Part shown: one piece after another, positions 42,717 through 55,196 of the stretch
How the letters are laid out: every line of letters starts with the position of its first letter
Numbering within the stretch: position 1 is the first letter of the stretch
Assembly (NCBI RefSeq): GCF_001194135.2
Contig: NC_068988.1
Coordinates: forward strand, 4,749,115 to 4,813,114
DNA length: 64,000 nucleotides
Direction of reading: 5' to 3'
Origin: Octopus bimaculoides
Taxonomy: Eukaryota
Program-made: the position numbers and the translations under genes
The notes under the pieces: generated by a model
Seen by the model: only the letters and a program-made list of their open reading frames with translations
Told to the model about the DNA's origin: nothing
Databases searched by the model: none

Positions 42717-45594
42717 NNNNNNNNNNNNNNNNNNNNNNNNNNNNNNNNNNNNNNNNNNNNNNNNNNNNNNNNNNNNNNNNNNNNNNNNNNNNNNNNNNNN
42801 NNNNNNNNNNNNNNNNNNNNNNNNNNNNNNNNNNNNNNNNNNNNNNNNNNNNNNNNNNNNNNNNNNNNNNNNNNNNNNNNNNNNNNNNNNNNNNNNNNNN
42901 NNNNNNNNNNNNNNNNNNNNNNNNNNNNNNNNNNNNNNNNNNNNNNNNNNNNNNNNNNNNNNNNNNNNNNNNNNNNNNNNNNNNNNNNNNNNNNNNNNNN
43001 NNNNNNNNNNNNNNNNNNNNNNNNNNNNNNNNNNNNNNNNNNNNNNNNNNNNNNNNNNNNNNNNNNNNNNNNNNNNNNNNNNNNNNNNNNNNNNATATAT
43101 ATTATGTAGTTGCATGTTTATGCCTGCTGCGATCATGTACAAGTGCATTTTTGCTCAAAATCTCATGAAGGAAGCTTTCTGAAAAAAAAACTAATGCCAG
43201 ATTCAGAAATAAAAATTAAACAAAACATTATTTGCGTCCGTTGGAACCCATATAATTGCGTCTTCTCTTAAAATTTAAAGAAAATTCTTTTAATTATTCA
43301 GGATACCGATGTGAAATTTGGTATACTACTTGACAATATTGTTCAGATAATTTAATGAATTTTATTAACCATATAGTTGTTTCTATCTTGATAGAGTAGA
43401 GAATTTCTTTAAAAGCCGATAATTTTTTTAAGGAGGACCAAATTTGTAGGAGATGCTTAAAATGTTTAGTGGGAGGCAACATTTTTAGGGAGGGTGGCAA
43501 AAAGACAATCTTAGTAGGAGAAGAAAATTGCTTAAGCAATTCAAGATTTTTATAGGATTCAAAATGCATTTTTATTGCGAGAGAAATTTCAACAAAAAGT
43601 AGAAATTGTTCTCGTCGAAAAATAATTTTATTTGGATTAGAAAATTTTTGTAGGGGCCGGAAAATATTCTAATTTTTATTTAAAATTTATCGAAAGAAAT
43701 AAGATATTGATATTAAATTTATTGATGTTTGTAGTTTATTGTTTTATACTAATTTTATGCACAAGTTTTACTGCTTTTATAAAATTATGAATTCAAATTA
43801 AATCGATTTCATGGAATACCTTTCTTTATTTTCTATCATAGTTTTTCGTTTATTCTCGTTGCATGATTTGTATGTTATGTAAATAGGTTCTATAATTTTA
43901 GATATAAATAAATTCGTTCTGTGTAAAGTCTAGTTTAATTTTAAAGCTGTAAAATGACAATCTATGTTAAATTTCAGATTCTCTATATTCTTTCTCAATA
44001 GTATACAACAATCCAGTACACATGTTTGTAATCACATGTAGATGTCCTCTCATGAATTCGACATGTTGCAATACAGAAAGCTTTAAGACCAAAGCTAGAT
44101 TTATAATTTGAAGATCAGATAAAATGTTTTTAACCTTTCTATTGTTTTCAACCATGGTACCTAGAAAGAAATGATTGATTCTGGATTTTACAATCTTCTA
44201 TGGACTCTCAATAAATTCCCAAATAAAAATATATACATATACATATATATNNNNNNNNNNNNNNNNNNNNNNNNNNNNNNNNNNNNNNNNNNNNNNNNNN
44301 NNNNNNNNNNNNNNNNNNNNNNNNNNNNNNNNNNNNNNNNNNNNNNNNNNNNNNNNNNNNNNNNNNNNNNNNNNNNNNNNNNNNNNNNNNNNNNNNNNNN
44401 NNNNNNNNNNNNNNNNNNNNNNNNNNNNNNNNNNNNNNNNNTGTATATGTGTGTGTATATATATATGTATACATAATATACGCATATATATAACCCTTAT
44501 ATATATATGTGTGTGTGTGTGTTTGAATATAAATATATATAATAATAATAATAATAATATTTTATCATCTTTAAGCTTGCAAAACACTATTATTATATTT
44601 TACAGAACTATAAAAATCGACGCTGCTCATCAAAAACCATCGCATATATATATATATATATATATATATAAACACAGATATGACAGTGGAAAAACTAATG
44701 TTATGTAATGAACTTCATTATCTTACGGCTGCTTCCGCTATAAGATGTGGTGGACTCTTAGTTGAGTACCTGGATAACATCCTTTAGCTTCATCAAAACC
44801 TTGAATATGAAGTGCACTCTATGTGGGCAAGCTACACTTTTAGAACATATATATATAAATATATGTAGATCCGAAACCACTTCATCTCTAGACATGAAAA
44901 TATCTCCTCAGTCTCATAGTCTGAAAGATAACATTGTAATATTGAAATAAAAAAGATTAAATGCAGTCACGGCCTGAATACCAATTTGTAAGAATAGTTG
45001 TTTGCTGGGTTCGCACGCGCGCACACACACGCACTTGCATAGTTGTATACGCATGCGCATGCGTTAGAAACTGGATATTTTACCGTTTGGCCGACAATTA
45101 TCTGTCGTGGATTACCCATACTTATTCTAACGTGCTCCATCATCTGATGAAGGAACAAAGTAATATACACTTGAGAACTACAAAAGTAGCAACTCTGTTC
45201 ATCCATATATTTAGCAACTGTGTCGTTATTTTAGAGTGTTTGTCTCAACTGGGCAGTTTTCTTAGATAGTCATTGTCTCCGTTAAGCTAGGCATGTCTTT
45301 ATACGTTCCATGATATTATTAAATACATGACCAATTTCTCAGAAATTGTTCACAATTCAGTGATGTAAGGTTTTCCACTTTCAAATCCTTAATTGATTCA
45401 AAGAGAGTTATATTAGCCATAAGAACAATAAGTTAAATGTCTTCATCATTTACATGATAACGATTTAATGCATTGTAAACATTAATAAACGTTCTACTTA
45501 ATAGTAATTGCGAATTTGAATCGACATGATATTCAGGTGACAACAATAAATAAATCAATAAAATAAAAAGAAATAAAGGTTTCGAAGTACATAC

Positions 45595-45637
45595 TGTTCA
45601 GAGGAGCTGATGTTTTGGCAAAGGACTTTTGGATAGC
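45595..45637 (-). CDS. Receptor PTP-like gene, exon 9 (43 nt, phase 0->1): AIQKSFAKTSAPLN
   Basis: Strong acceptor ttttcactcttttttatttcag and donor gtatgt. Supplies the 0->1 phase change needed between exon 8 and the TM exon. Confidence 0.78.
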
Positions 45638-48165
45638 CTGAAATAAAAAAGAGTGAAAATGTATTTTTTTTTTATATAACAATGTTCTTTGTTCCTAATA
45701 TTGAGCTCTACTAACTATTATTGGAGAGGGAAAGTAGGATGCTGTGACGTTTAATGTTACTCAGCGAGGATCCTCAACGCAATTAAACTGAAAATGGATT
45801 TCGCAGTGAATAGAAAATGTGGTTTGCCATGTCGGTGAACACGTTTGCATTTCTGATTATAAGTTTGAAAGTTATGGAATGATGTTAATTAAGATATTTA
45901 GTTATTATGCATTCTGTATTCAAACGTGGAAAGATTATGTAGTAAAGTACCAGAGTTCTGTTGATTGACCTTAGAATTTCTCAAAAATTTGTTGGTCTTG
46001 TGTGAGTGTTAGGAATCATTATGGTGGCAGAAATATATGTAGTACAGCCTGGTCAGTTGAGAGAAATGGCAAAATGCCATACTGTCTTGCATTATGGCTT
46101 TATATTGTGTGTACAAATATTCCAAGTTCGATTTTCCCTCTTTTTTCCAATCTTGACAGAAGTGTATAATAGTAACAGTCTTTCATCAATGAATCTTTTC
46201 CACTCCTCCACACATTAACTTCCTGCCTTTTCCAAAGAAAATATCATTTTTGTTGTGCAGTCAATGAAATGTGAAACAAAAAATGTTCGTTTCATTTGAC
46301 ACAAAGAATTTTAACTCTAGCAAAATAGATCATGTAATAATGAAATATAGATTTTATATTAAATTTATTACGGAAACAAAGATGAACGGAGAGGAAAAAT
46401 TATGAAAAATATAATGAAAAAATTTAAAGTTAAAAGTGAACTTAAATGGAATCAAAAATATAAATTGAAAAATGAAGTTGTTTTGTCAATATAAAAATAC
46501 AAATAAAACAGGAAATTTAGAAAAAATGTAGAAAATAAAATTACTTTGAAAACAAATGTTATTTGAATCAAAAGTGGAAAGAAAATGAAATGAAAATGGG
46601 CAATTTCCAAATGTCCATTAGTATGATAATAAAGTGGAATTATTCAGAAACAACGGAAAACTGATTTGACCAGGAACATTTCTATAAAGAATATTGGTTT
46701 TACCACTTATACAGAAATTAATTGAAAAATTACTCTTTTAAACTCAGTACTAGAAAATCGCGTACATATATATACAAGCATGTACGCATATATGTATATA
46801 TATAGTTTGTGCATGTAGGCAACGGAGTTTTTCCTACCCAGTTCCTCACAAACCCTGTTAAACAAAAACTTTCTCTTATATCTCACAAAATCTTATCTCC
46901 ATACATTAACGAGTCATTTGACATAAATTTCTATCTCATTTCTATACGCGCGTGTATTACAGATTCATCTTTTTCGCCAACAAAAGTACAAAATCGTTTC
47001 ATGCATCCACAACGCATCACAAAGTCAACTATGAATGCTCTACAAACGTTTAGCTTCACAGTCACCCAAACATCCTAGTAAAGACCGCAAATACAGTAAA
47101 CCACCTTAAGTCACAGATACTGCAAATATTCAGTCTACATAACAATTGACTTTCTTCTATCCAATCATTTCAGCTGTTTTTTAAACATTAAAACAGTTCG
47201 GTTTCAAGTAAAAGGATTCCAATATGATGCAGTCTCACTTATGTGAAAGAATGAAAAACTCCCTCTAATATTTCTCTTTTACAATTTAAAAGCAACGGGC
47301 AAAAGAGATTACACAAATAGGACAAATTCTCAGAAAATTGATACTAAGGGTAATATTGACAATGTCCGAGCAGAAAGAACAAATATGTCCCACTGTTATT
47401 AGTTTGCATCAACGAAGTGTTTTGAGCATATTTGGCACGGCATTGAGGAGCCAAAGCACACACACACACACACACGCGCGCGCGCATACACACTATATAT
47501 ATATATATGAGAGGGGATTGTTAGCCTGCTCACCTAACGAGTGGGATGGCGTCATTTGAAGGCTCAAACAATGCAAAACTGCACTGTGGCCACAGATGTG
47601 CAACAACATTTAACAACCTGATCGGTCACGTGACGACGTGGTGTGTATATAGATAAATAGATACATACATGCATACCTTATGTATATACACAAGTGAGAG
47701 ATTGTATCGGGGACAAGTTTGCAATTACTGAAGAGATACATTCTCCTCCTCCTCCTCCTCCTCAAAAAAAAAAAACCATCATTTATTTCTTCATGTCCTA
47801 ATTGCAGAGAATTGTTGTGCCTGCTGGTAATTTCGCTGAAAGTTGAGTGAGAGGGGTCCCACCATAAGAAAATGAGTGCAAGATGGGAGACGTAGCTGAC
47901 CAAGGAACTTCTTGGCAGACGGAGTAATTTTTATATGTGTGTCTAGCCATAGTGATTTTATCCTATTTCCATAAACTGCTTATTACCTTTTTCCACATTC
48001 TTATTTTCTTTTGCGCTGGTTTGTTTTTAGTCAGTGTAAAAACCACTGATTTGTAGTCTGTCTTTATAACGTTCCCTCGTCCATTCTTTACGGCAAATAA
48101 TTAAATTCTTACCATTAGTATTATTGTCGCTGCTGTTATTATTATCATTAGATGAAATCGCACAG

Positions 48166-48380
48166 CTTATTCTGCTGGGTATGGTGACATGCGTCAGCTG
48201 AACTATGGTAACACCCCTTATTTTGCTGGGTATGGTGACATGCGTCAGCTGAACTATGGTAACACCCCTTANNNNNNNNNNGGGTATGGTGACATGCGTC
48301 AGCTGAACTATGGTAACACCCCTTATTTTGCTGGGTATGGTGACATGCGTCAGCTGAACTATGGTAACACCCCTTATTTT
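48166..48380. repeat. 51-bp tandem minisatellite, at least 4 near-identical copies, with an internal 10-N gap
   Basis: Unit cttattttgctgggtatggtgacatgcgtcagctgaactatggtaacaccc starts at 48166, 48217, 48268 (gap-interrupted) and 48322, with a partial copy at 48373. Confidence 0.95.
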
Positions 48381-48457
48381 TCGAGCACCATCTGAATTAT
48401 TCGAGCGGTTCAAACCAGTACTGTTTTCTGCAAGTGCTCCACCCTTATTGCAGCCCC

Positions 48458-48528
<71 letters not shown>
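48458..48528. repeat. (ATT)n microsatellite
   Basis: Directly visible, between the 51-bp array region and a SINE. Confidence 0.97.
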
Positions 48529-48530
48529 GG

Positions 48531-48735
48531 GAGATGGTGGGCTGGCAGAATCGTTAGCACACGGAGCAAAATGCTTGGTGCCATTTTATTGAGTTCAAAT
48601 TCCGCCTAGTTTGACTTTGCCCTTCACCCTTTCGGGGTCTAACAGTTCAACACTTGGATCGATGTAAAGGACTTAAACCCTCCCCCACCAAAAAACAAAA
48701 AGAAAATTCCAAGCCTTCTGCCTATAGCAGAAACG
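48531..48735 (+). mobile_element. tRNA-derived SINE (same family), internally deleted
   Basis: gctggcagaatcgttagcac...gagttcaaattccgcc...ccttcaccctttcggggtc; directly follows an (ATT)n tract. Confidence 0.8.
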
Positions 48736-49262
48736 ATGATTATGATTATAATTATGGTTGTTGTCGTTATTGTTACTTTTGTCATTTATGTTATTATCAT
48801 TGCTGTTTTGGTTATAACAAAATCTACAGAGAATTAAGAATATGCCTTACGTTTATTTATTTATTTACGTAATACTTAGAATTTCTTTAGATCCCAGCAT
48901 GTAATTAAACTTTACCCTGACCATTCACAACAGTAGCCGAGGGGTGAGGTTGATGTGTTACACAATACCACAAAGCTAGGACTTTAAAATTATGCTGAAT
49001 GATAGAATAAAAGAAATGAAGTAGTTAAAATGAACGAATATTTATCAGCGTTAGCGCGTCAACACCATTTTAAAACACACACCTCCTCCCTCCTCAGTGG
49101 AGGGACTATTGATTCTTTAGCTGATTTTCTAATATTCTATAAAGATGAACATTCACAACTGTTGCACATGAATTAAATCCTGGAAATACCCCTCACGAGA
49201 AAGGTATAGAATAGAAACATTTATAGCATTTTATTTCATAGAATTTGTATAAAAATTCTTAC

Positions 49263-49533
49263 CCCATCCACTGTTGAGAATGCTCCAAACCATATATTAT
49301 AGGCATAGTCCGGTTGTAGAGGACCGTTGAAGTAATTACTGTAGGTCAAGTTATCCCCGATCATGAATGGGCTTCGAACATTGGAGGGTGGGAATTGGGC
49401 AGTGACATAACAGTTGTCGTTAGAATTGAGAGCAGAGTAATAGTCCGCAGTTACATCGGCAATTTTAGCTGGCAAAGAACGTTTCTTTCTGCCATGATCG
49501 TTAGTAATTCTCTCCACTATCAAACGATAGAAA
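49263..49533 (-). CDS. Receptor PTP-like gene, exon 8 (271 nt, phase 2->0): membrane-proximal domain, (S)FYRLIVER...GRKKRSL...PFMIGDNLTYSNYFNGPLQPDYAYNIWFGAFSTVDG
   Basis: Acceptor tttcttacag, donor gtaaga, 90 open codons. The GDNxTYxxYxNxPLxP motif resembles the membrane-proximal domain of LAR/R2A and PTPmu/kappa R2B phosphatases (recalled family knowledge, no search run). Confidence 0.93.
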
Positions 49534-49830
49534 CTGTAAGAAACACAAATAAGACACAATAGGTTGTAAGAAGATTACAGAATGTTCAATTGTGTATTCA
49601 ATATTGAAAATAATATATATTGATATGAACATGGTATTTAAAATCGAATTAAAGTTATATTTCTTTAGCAACATATTTTCTTCTGAAGATATTTTAGTAA
49701 GCTGAATTTCACCACACAGGAAGAATAATGGTGTCTAAAACTGATATGTCTGTCTTTAAAGTTTCCAGCAATCACAAATTCAAACTTTACGTATACACAT
49801 ATAAATATAAATAAAATTATCAATATTTAC

Positions 49831-49921
49831 CTTATGTCTTTATCATATCGAGGTTTCAATTCAACGGTCACTGAATTGTCGGAGTGATTTATTATCTTGG
49901 GATTGTGTGGTGTGAGTGGGG
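49831..49921 (-). CDS. Receptor PTP-like gene, exon 7 (91 nt, phase 1->2): start of membrane-proximal FN3-like domain D, (A)PLTPHNPKIINHSDNSVTVELKPRYDKDI
   Basis: Not in the ORF track. Acceptor gattttcaattccag, donor gtaaat. Its phases bridge exons 6 and 8 exactly. Confidence 0.88.
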
Positions 49922-50104
49922 CTGGAATTGAAAATCATTCAAAGAAATAAATACAGACACAGAAAACTAAAGAAACGTTGCTTCATCAAACCAGCAACAT
50001 TTAGTTTAAGTAAAATGGGATCTTTATGTAGATAGCATTGTTTTACAGAAAGAAATTAATACAGAGTTCTAGTGTTACAAAGATGGAAACAAACCATCAT
50101 CGGT

Positions 50105-50300
50105 CCTCAAGCACTGGGGCCCAATCACAGAAACACACACGGATACATATATATTCGACAGGCTTCTACACACTCTCTGTTTGCTAAATTCAACCGTATG
50201 GCAGTGGTCGACCATGGCTTATAGAAAAATCACTTGCCAAAGGTACCGTGCATCGGAACTGAACTGGAAAACACGTTATATATTTCAACACAACCAGTTT
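50105..50300 (-). mobile_element. SINE of a second family (decayed)
   Basis: The reverse complement has a B-box-like ccagttcagttccgatgcacggtacctttggcaagtgattttt...gtagaagcctgtcgaatatatatg; it differs from the 8324 family. Confidence 0.55.
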
Positions 50301-50537
50301 TACTAAAAATATGAAGAGGTCATCAACTAATCTACACTCATTATATCGGGCTATGAAAATATTGACAATTCTCAAGAACTAAAGAATTTGCCTGTAGTCA
50401 ATTTCAAACACGTTCTTGAAGCATTCGTAATCCTTCAAAATACCCTTATGCCTCGGTATGGATAAAAAATTCGAAAAATTTTTCATCTACAATAGGTGAA
50501 TAATACATGAAGAAGTAAATTGAAAGACTAACGATAC

Positions 50538-50733
50538 CTTTTCCTTTAGTCCATACAATTAACTGTCGCCGTTGTCCACTTCCTTTACTCGTACTGGCAT
50601 TAATACTACAGTCGTACTCAGTCGCTGGATGCAAATTTTCTACCGTTTGAGTAAACACTTTTGAAGGTATCTTAAAGACACCTCCTGAATATGGCTTATT
50701 CTTCATCATACTGTCAGCAGAATGGCAGGAGAG
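50538..50733 (-). CDS. Receptor PTP-like gene, exon 6 (196 nt, phase 0->1): rest of FN3 domain C, LSCHSADSMMKNKPYSGGVFKIPSKVFTQTVENLHPATEYDCSINASTSKGSGQRRQLIVWTKGK
   Basis: Acceptor ttattgttttgtag, donor gtatcg. FN3 motif LxPxTxY...AxTxKGxG. Confidence 0.95.
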
Positions 50734-51291
50734 CTACAAAACAATAATGAATGAAACTATTAATATAGAACAATTTTATATTAACAGATTAAATGTTTAG
50801 TTAAGGCCAATTTGCATCATTTATGAGATAGATATATAGTATTGAACATTTATGTTGAGGCTAATTTAGGTGAAAAGATGCAAACAAAAAAAAACAAAAA
50901 AGAAATGAACAGAAAGTCAGGAACTGAGAAACGAAATACATTGTTTTATTTTTTAAATATTATGAAACTTTTAAATGATAAAGAACTTTGTGATAAAATT
51001 GCTCGAGATCCAATTGGGTTTTGTTTTAGTTAATTATGCTAAAATATAAGAATTACGTTATTTATGTTTATCAAATTTCATTCAAAGCATTGTCAATGGA
51101 GCTTCAAATTGATATTGAAAAGAAAAACAGAGTTGTTTTCGTATCTTATGAATCCAGATAATCTGATACATAGACAATAGCTTTGAGATTCTTTACACAT
51201 GCAATGTCTCATGAGATATGATGCATATTCAATGCAAAATTGTGAGTAAATAGTCGCGTTAAACAACAAATAGAAGCAGCACAAAACCTAC

Positions 51292-51398
51292 CATGAAGAA
51301 CAGAATATTTCCATTGGGGTGCGGTGGTTCACTCCACTGAAGTGTAATGGAATTGAATGTTCTACTTATATTCTTGAACATTCCTACCGGGCCGGGTA
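51292..51398 (-). CDS. Receptor PTP-like gene, exon 5 (107 nt, phase 1->0): start of FN3 domain C, (L)PGPVGMFKNISRTFNSITLQWSEPPHPNGNILFFM
   Basis: Acceptor atattttccag, donor gtaggt. FN3 motif SITLxWxxPxxPNG. Confidence 0.95.
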
Positions 51399-52965
51399 CT
51401 GGAAAATATTTTCGAGTAGTCTTATAGAGAATTGCAAAATATATAGACAAAAACAAATGACAACATAACAACAGAATCAGGCATACTTTTAGAAAAGAAC
51501 TCAATAAACAATTCAATGAATGAAACATTTTGCTATTTTTAAAATATGCAATTATGAATAGTAGATTTTTTTAAATCTCATTTAATGGATATTCTGTCAT
51601 CATTGAATGAAGAAACTATTTAAACACCGTGAAATGGAACCCAACAACATCCACATATTTATACAACAAATATTTATACATAGCACTTTAACAATTAATC
51701 TCCATAGAAATATATATTTACAGAATATATTTATAAATATATTACTACGTAAATATATTGAGGAATTTTGCTGAAGAAAGTTAACCTGATACTCGTTTCT
51801 AGATACTTCTCTGTTAGTGAAGAGTTTTCCTGGATAGGTGTTAGATTACAAGAATAATGGAGAAGGTAAATGTAAATAGCAACTATAAAACTATTCACTT
51901 CCTTTTTCATCATAATGAACTGTTGGTGTTAATCCACTTGCGTACGGATGAGTGAACCGACTTTGTGAATAACCGAGCATAAACTATATCCAGAAGAGCT
52001 TATCAGTTTATCTGATGATACACTGCTTGCATTGCTGCCTTCGCTTACATAGAAGATCTCTTCCTATTCCATTTACTACTATATATTGACTTAACAGAAT
52101 CGTTGGAGTTTCAGAGAAACTGCCTTGTGATACTTAGCGATGGTACTTTACTTTTTCATATTTTAGAAATGTATATTAATCTGTATAAAATGACGTGGCC
52201 TACTTTCTAAGTTACATTAAAAACATTTGTTCAAAATGACATATTTATCAAAGCATATATTATCATATCTCAAATGAAGGACATATTATAGAATAAGTAA
52301 AGGCTTTCACTTTATAATCAATTGTTTACTGTTATTTTTTAGTCCCTTAGATAATTGAAATATTAGCCTCAAGCAGTAATGGATAGTTATCAGATTTGCA
52401 TCACTGATAATGTAGATCCGGCTGAACGATTGCTGATAGATTTGGCATCCTAAAATATCGTACTATTTAGAAACAAGATTTAAATATCTGCATTAAAATT
52501 AAAAAAACGTTTGTTTCATACGGATGAGCTTTGCTGAAAAAGAATGCTAGAAATATGCTTCCTCCTGATAAAACCAATCGAAATTCCTGTTTCAGTTCCC
52601 GATTAAGAAATATGACATAAATAAAACCATTAGAAATTGCTTTAGTCTGATATCTGCTTCATTTTCGAGAAAAATATTACATTTATGTGTCACAATTTTA
52701 TATATTCAGTAAAATATGTGAAACTATATTTAGAATAAGAGATTTTCTCCAAAATCTAAGAAGTCTAAGATGAAATGTCAACTTGGTTCAGCAGTCCAAA
52801 CTAAGGACAATAATGCTTTCTGTGGGAATATAAATCAAACACCGATGTATCAAGGTTTTAATTTTCTGATCCTTTTAACGTAAATTTTGAATTCTCATTC
52901 TAAACAGGCGATCGTCAAATGCAATGATTTCGGTCATTAAGTAGTTTTGTATTTGGCACTTGCAA

Positions 52966-53203
52966 CCTGAGGATTAAGTACAACTGTATCATTCGGATTA
53001 AATACAACTATATCATGGGGATTAACTACATCTATATCTTGAAAATGAAGTACATCTTTATCCTGGGAATAAGTACAACTATACCCTGAGGGCTAAGAAC
53101 TACTATATCCTGAAGAGTAAGTAGCACCATATCCTGAAGAGTAATTACAATCATATCCTGAAAGTAAACTACGGCTATATCCTGATAATTAGTATAACTA
53201 GAC
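52966..53203. repeat. Degenerate 23-24-bp minisatellite, about 10 units
   Basis: Units such as cctgaggattaagtacaactgtat, cctgaagagtaagtagcaccatat, cctgaagagtaattacaatcatat, cctgaaagtaaactacggctatat. Confidence 0.85.
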
Positions 53204-54853
53204 ACTGAAGATGCTTCATCAAATCGATGATTGTAAAATATCATAACAAAATGATACAAAAATAGAAATGGGTGAAAATGGAGTATGAAAACTCAAGTAA
53301 ATTAACAGCCAATGAATTTATGGCAAAAATAAGCATCAAATGAATATCTTTAAACGCTTCAGTTATCTTTAGACATTAACATTTATGACATTTTTGTTGT
53401 TTATTCGGCTATTTTATTGTTGTTCTTTTCATAATGTACAATTTATCACATTTTCACTTGTAGGAATGTTTTCTGCAAGACATGCGCATATTCTGTAACG
53501 GTAAAAACTATGTCTTTATTATTTATATCGTTAAGTCTCGCATGTGGCTCGTTGTCATGGTACGTAATCATAAGGACTAAAATAAATACAAGTGTGAATA
53601 AATCAATTATTCGTGTCATCTCGTACAACTGGAAATAACGATAAAAGCATTTATGGAAGCGGCTTGTCGTAGGAAGTTCAAAGTTTTAACATTTTTTAAT
53701 ATGTAAATACTTGGAGTATTGAAGACAACTGAAGAAGTTAAACTAATTAGATGAATTCTTTATAAGCATAACTAATAATTCGATGCCTGACTGATATGCT
53801 ATAACTATTCAACATAAAACTATATTTAGGGTTTCATTTCATGATATTGGGGCTTTGTGATATTCAGAATGTTAGAAAATTTTGAGCATAAAAACTGCAC
53901 AGGACTAAATACATTTACAATATATTAAACATCTATACCGTATAACAAAATGGAAGCATGCAAGTTAACGTTATGTATAAGACACTTATATAATGCTTAT
54001 AATTGATATATACACACCTTTTGCCTATTTTGGTTATATCATTTTTGAAAATCTTAAATTTTATTTTTATACAATATAACAATAGCTTATAAACAATCAC
54101 CCATAGTGTCCCAGAATAAAATTTCCTCTGTATTAACATCTTAGGCTTCTTAGCTTCTTTCCTCTTTAACTGGTAATTAACACCATGATTTAAAGTCTTC
54201 CCCTACTCAGCCTATTTTATAGACAGTTATTTATATCCAATTGACTATCTTAATGTCTTCTTTCCTCCCTGACGAAAAGGGGATACATATGATATTTATG
54301 ACCATACGTAGCCATGAGCTGTCAACTCTAGTCGTTTAGTCAAAATAGACACAGTCTTCTAGTCTTAGATTTAGTAGTTGAAAAAGAGATAAATGCATTA
54401 GAAATGAATTACAATCCCTTATAACATTATGACCTCAATAGGCTTCATGTGATTCTTGGAAGTGTAGTCGGTTCTTAGCTACAATAGCAACAACATGAAT
54501 TTCTTCCATCTTCTTGCTCTATTAAAGTATTTGAGAAAAATTATATCAATGTCTCCGACTGGTTAAAATTCTACTTATTTATTTGTGCAGCTGAAGATAG
54601 CACTGCATTACTACTTGATATCCTGCTTATATATATATATATATATATATATTGTGTGTGTGTGTATGCGTGTGTATGAAAAGGGAATGTAAGGGGGTTG
54701 AAAGTCCCGTTGCGTTGATTCTCCTCTGTTGGCTGACATTGAATTGGATTGAACGAAACACTTTGTCACATGCTTAAGAATGTGTGTAAATAACCTTATA
54801 TATAAACAGAAATATGTTTTAAAAGTTTCTGGAAATTAAGACAGTGAACTTAC

Positions 54854-54923
54854 AAGACTGGTCAGTGGTAAAAGAAAGCACTTCTCCGGACTGTCCGATA
54901 CCGGCACCATTAATTGAACGAAC
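54854..54923 (-). CDS. Receptor PTP-like gene, exon 4 (70 nt, phase 0->1): end of FN3 domain B, VRSINGAGIGQSGEVLSFTTDQS
   Basis: Not in the ORF track as an exon. Acceptor ttctttggtgtag, donor gtaagt. FN3 F/G strand motif VxxxNxxGxG. Confidence 0.92.
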
Positions 54924-55059
54924 CTACACCAAAGAATTGGTTGAAAAGTATTTCGTAATTAGCATGAATAACATCACTATAAGAAACAAATGCATGAATA
55001 AAATATAAAAAAAGCATTGTCATTGCATGCACGATGAAATAGTCAAGCTCAAGATATTT

Positions 55060-55061
<2 letters not shown>

Positions 55062-55120
<59 letters not shown>

Positions 55121-55164
55121 TTTCTTTCTTTCTTTCTCTTTCTCTCTCTCTTTCTTTCTTTCTT

Positions 55165-55195
<31 letters not shown>

Positions 55196-55196
55196 C
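55062..55196. repeat. (CT)n/(CTTT)n microsatellite
   Basis: Directly visible. Confidence 0.95.

Noticed and set aside
48172-48380. The plus-strand repeat translates as AGYGDMRQLNYGNTPYF, and GYGDM recalls the K+ channel selectivity filter.
   Set aside because: It lacks the preceding T(T/S)VG and pore helix and any TM segments; it is a chance match inside a tandem repeat.
48166-48380. 51-bp repeats as a CRISPR array.
   Set aside because: The units are head-to-tail with no unique spacers, the context is eukaryotic, and there are no cas genes.
48531-50300. Oppositely oriented SINEs flanking exons 7-8 as a dsRNA, editing or circRNA pair.
   Set aside because: The two SINEs belong to different families and are not complementary. 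The same-family inverted partner at 35581 is short and diverged.
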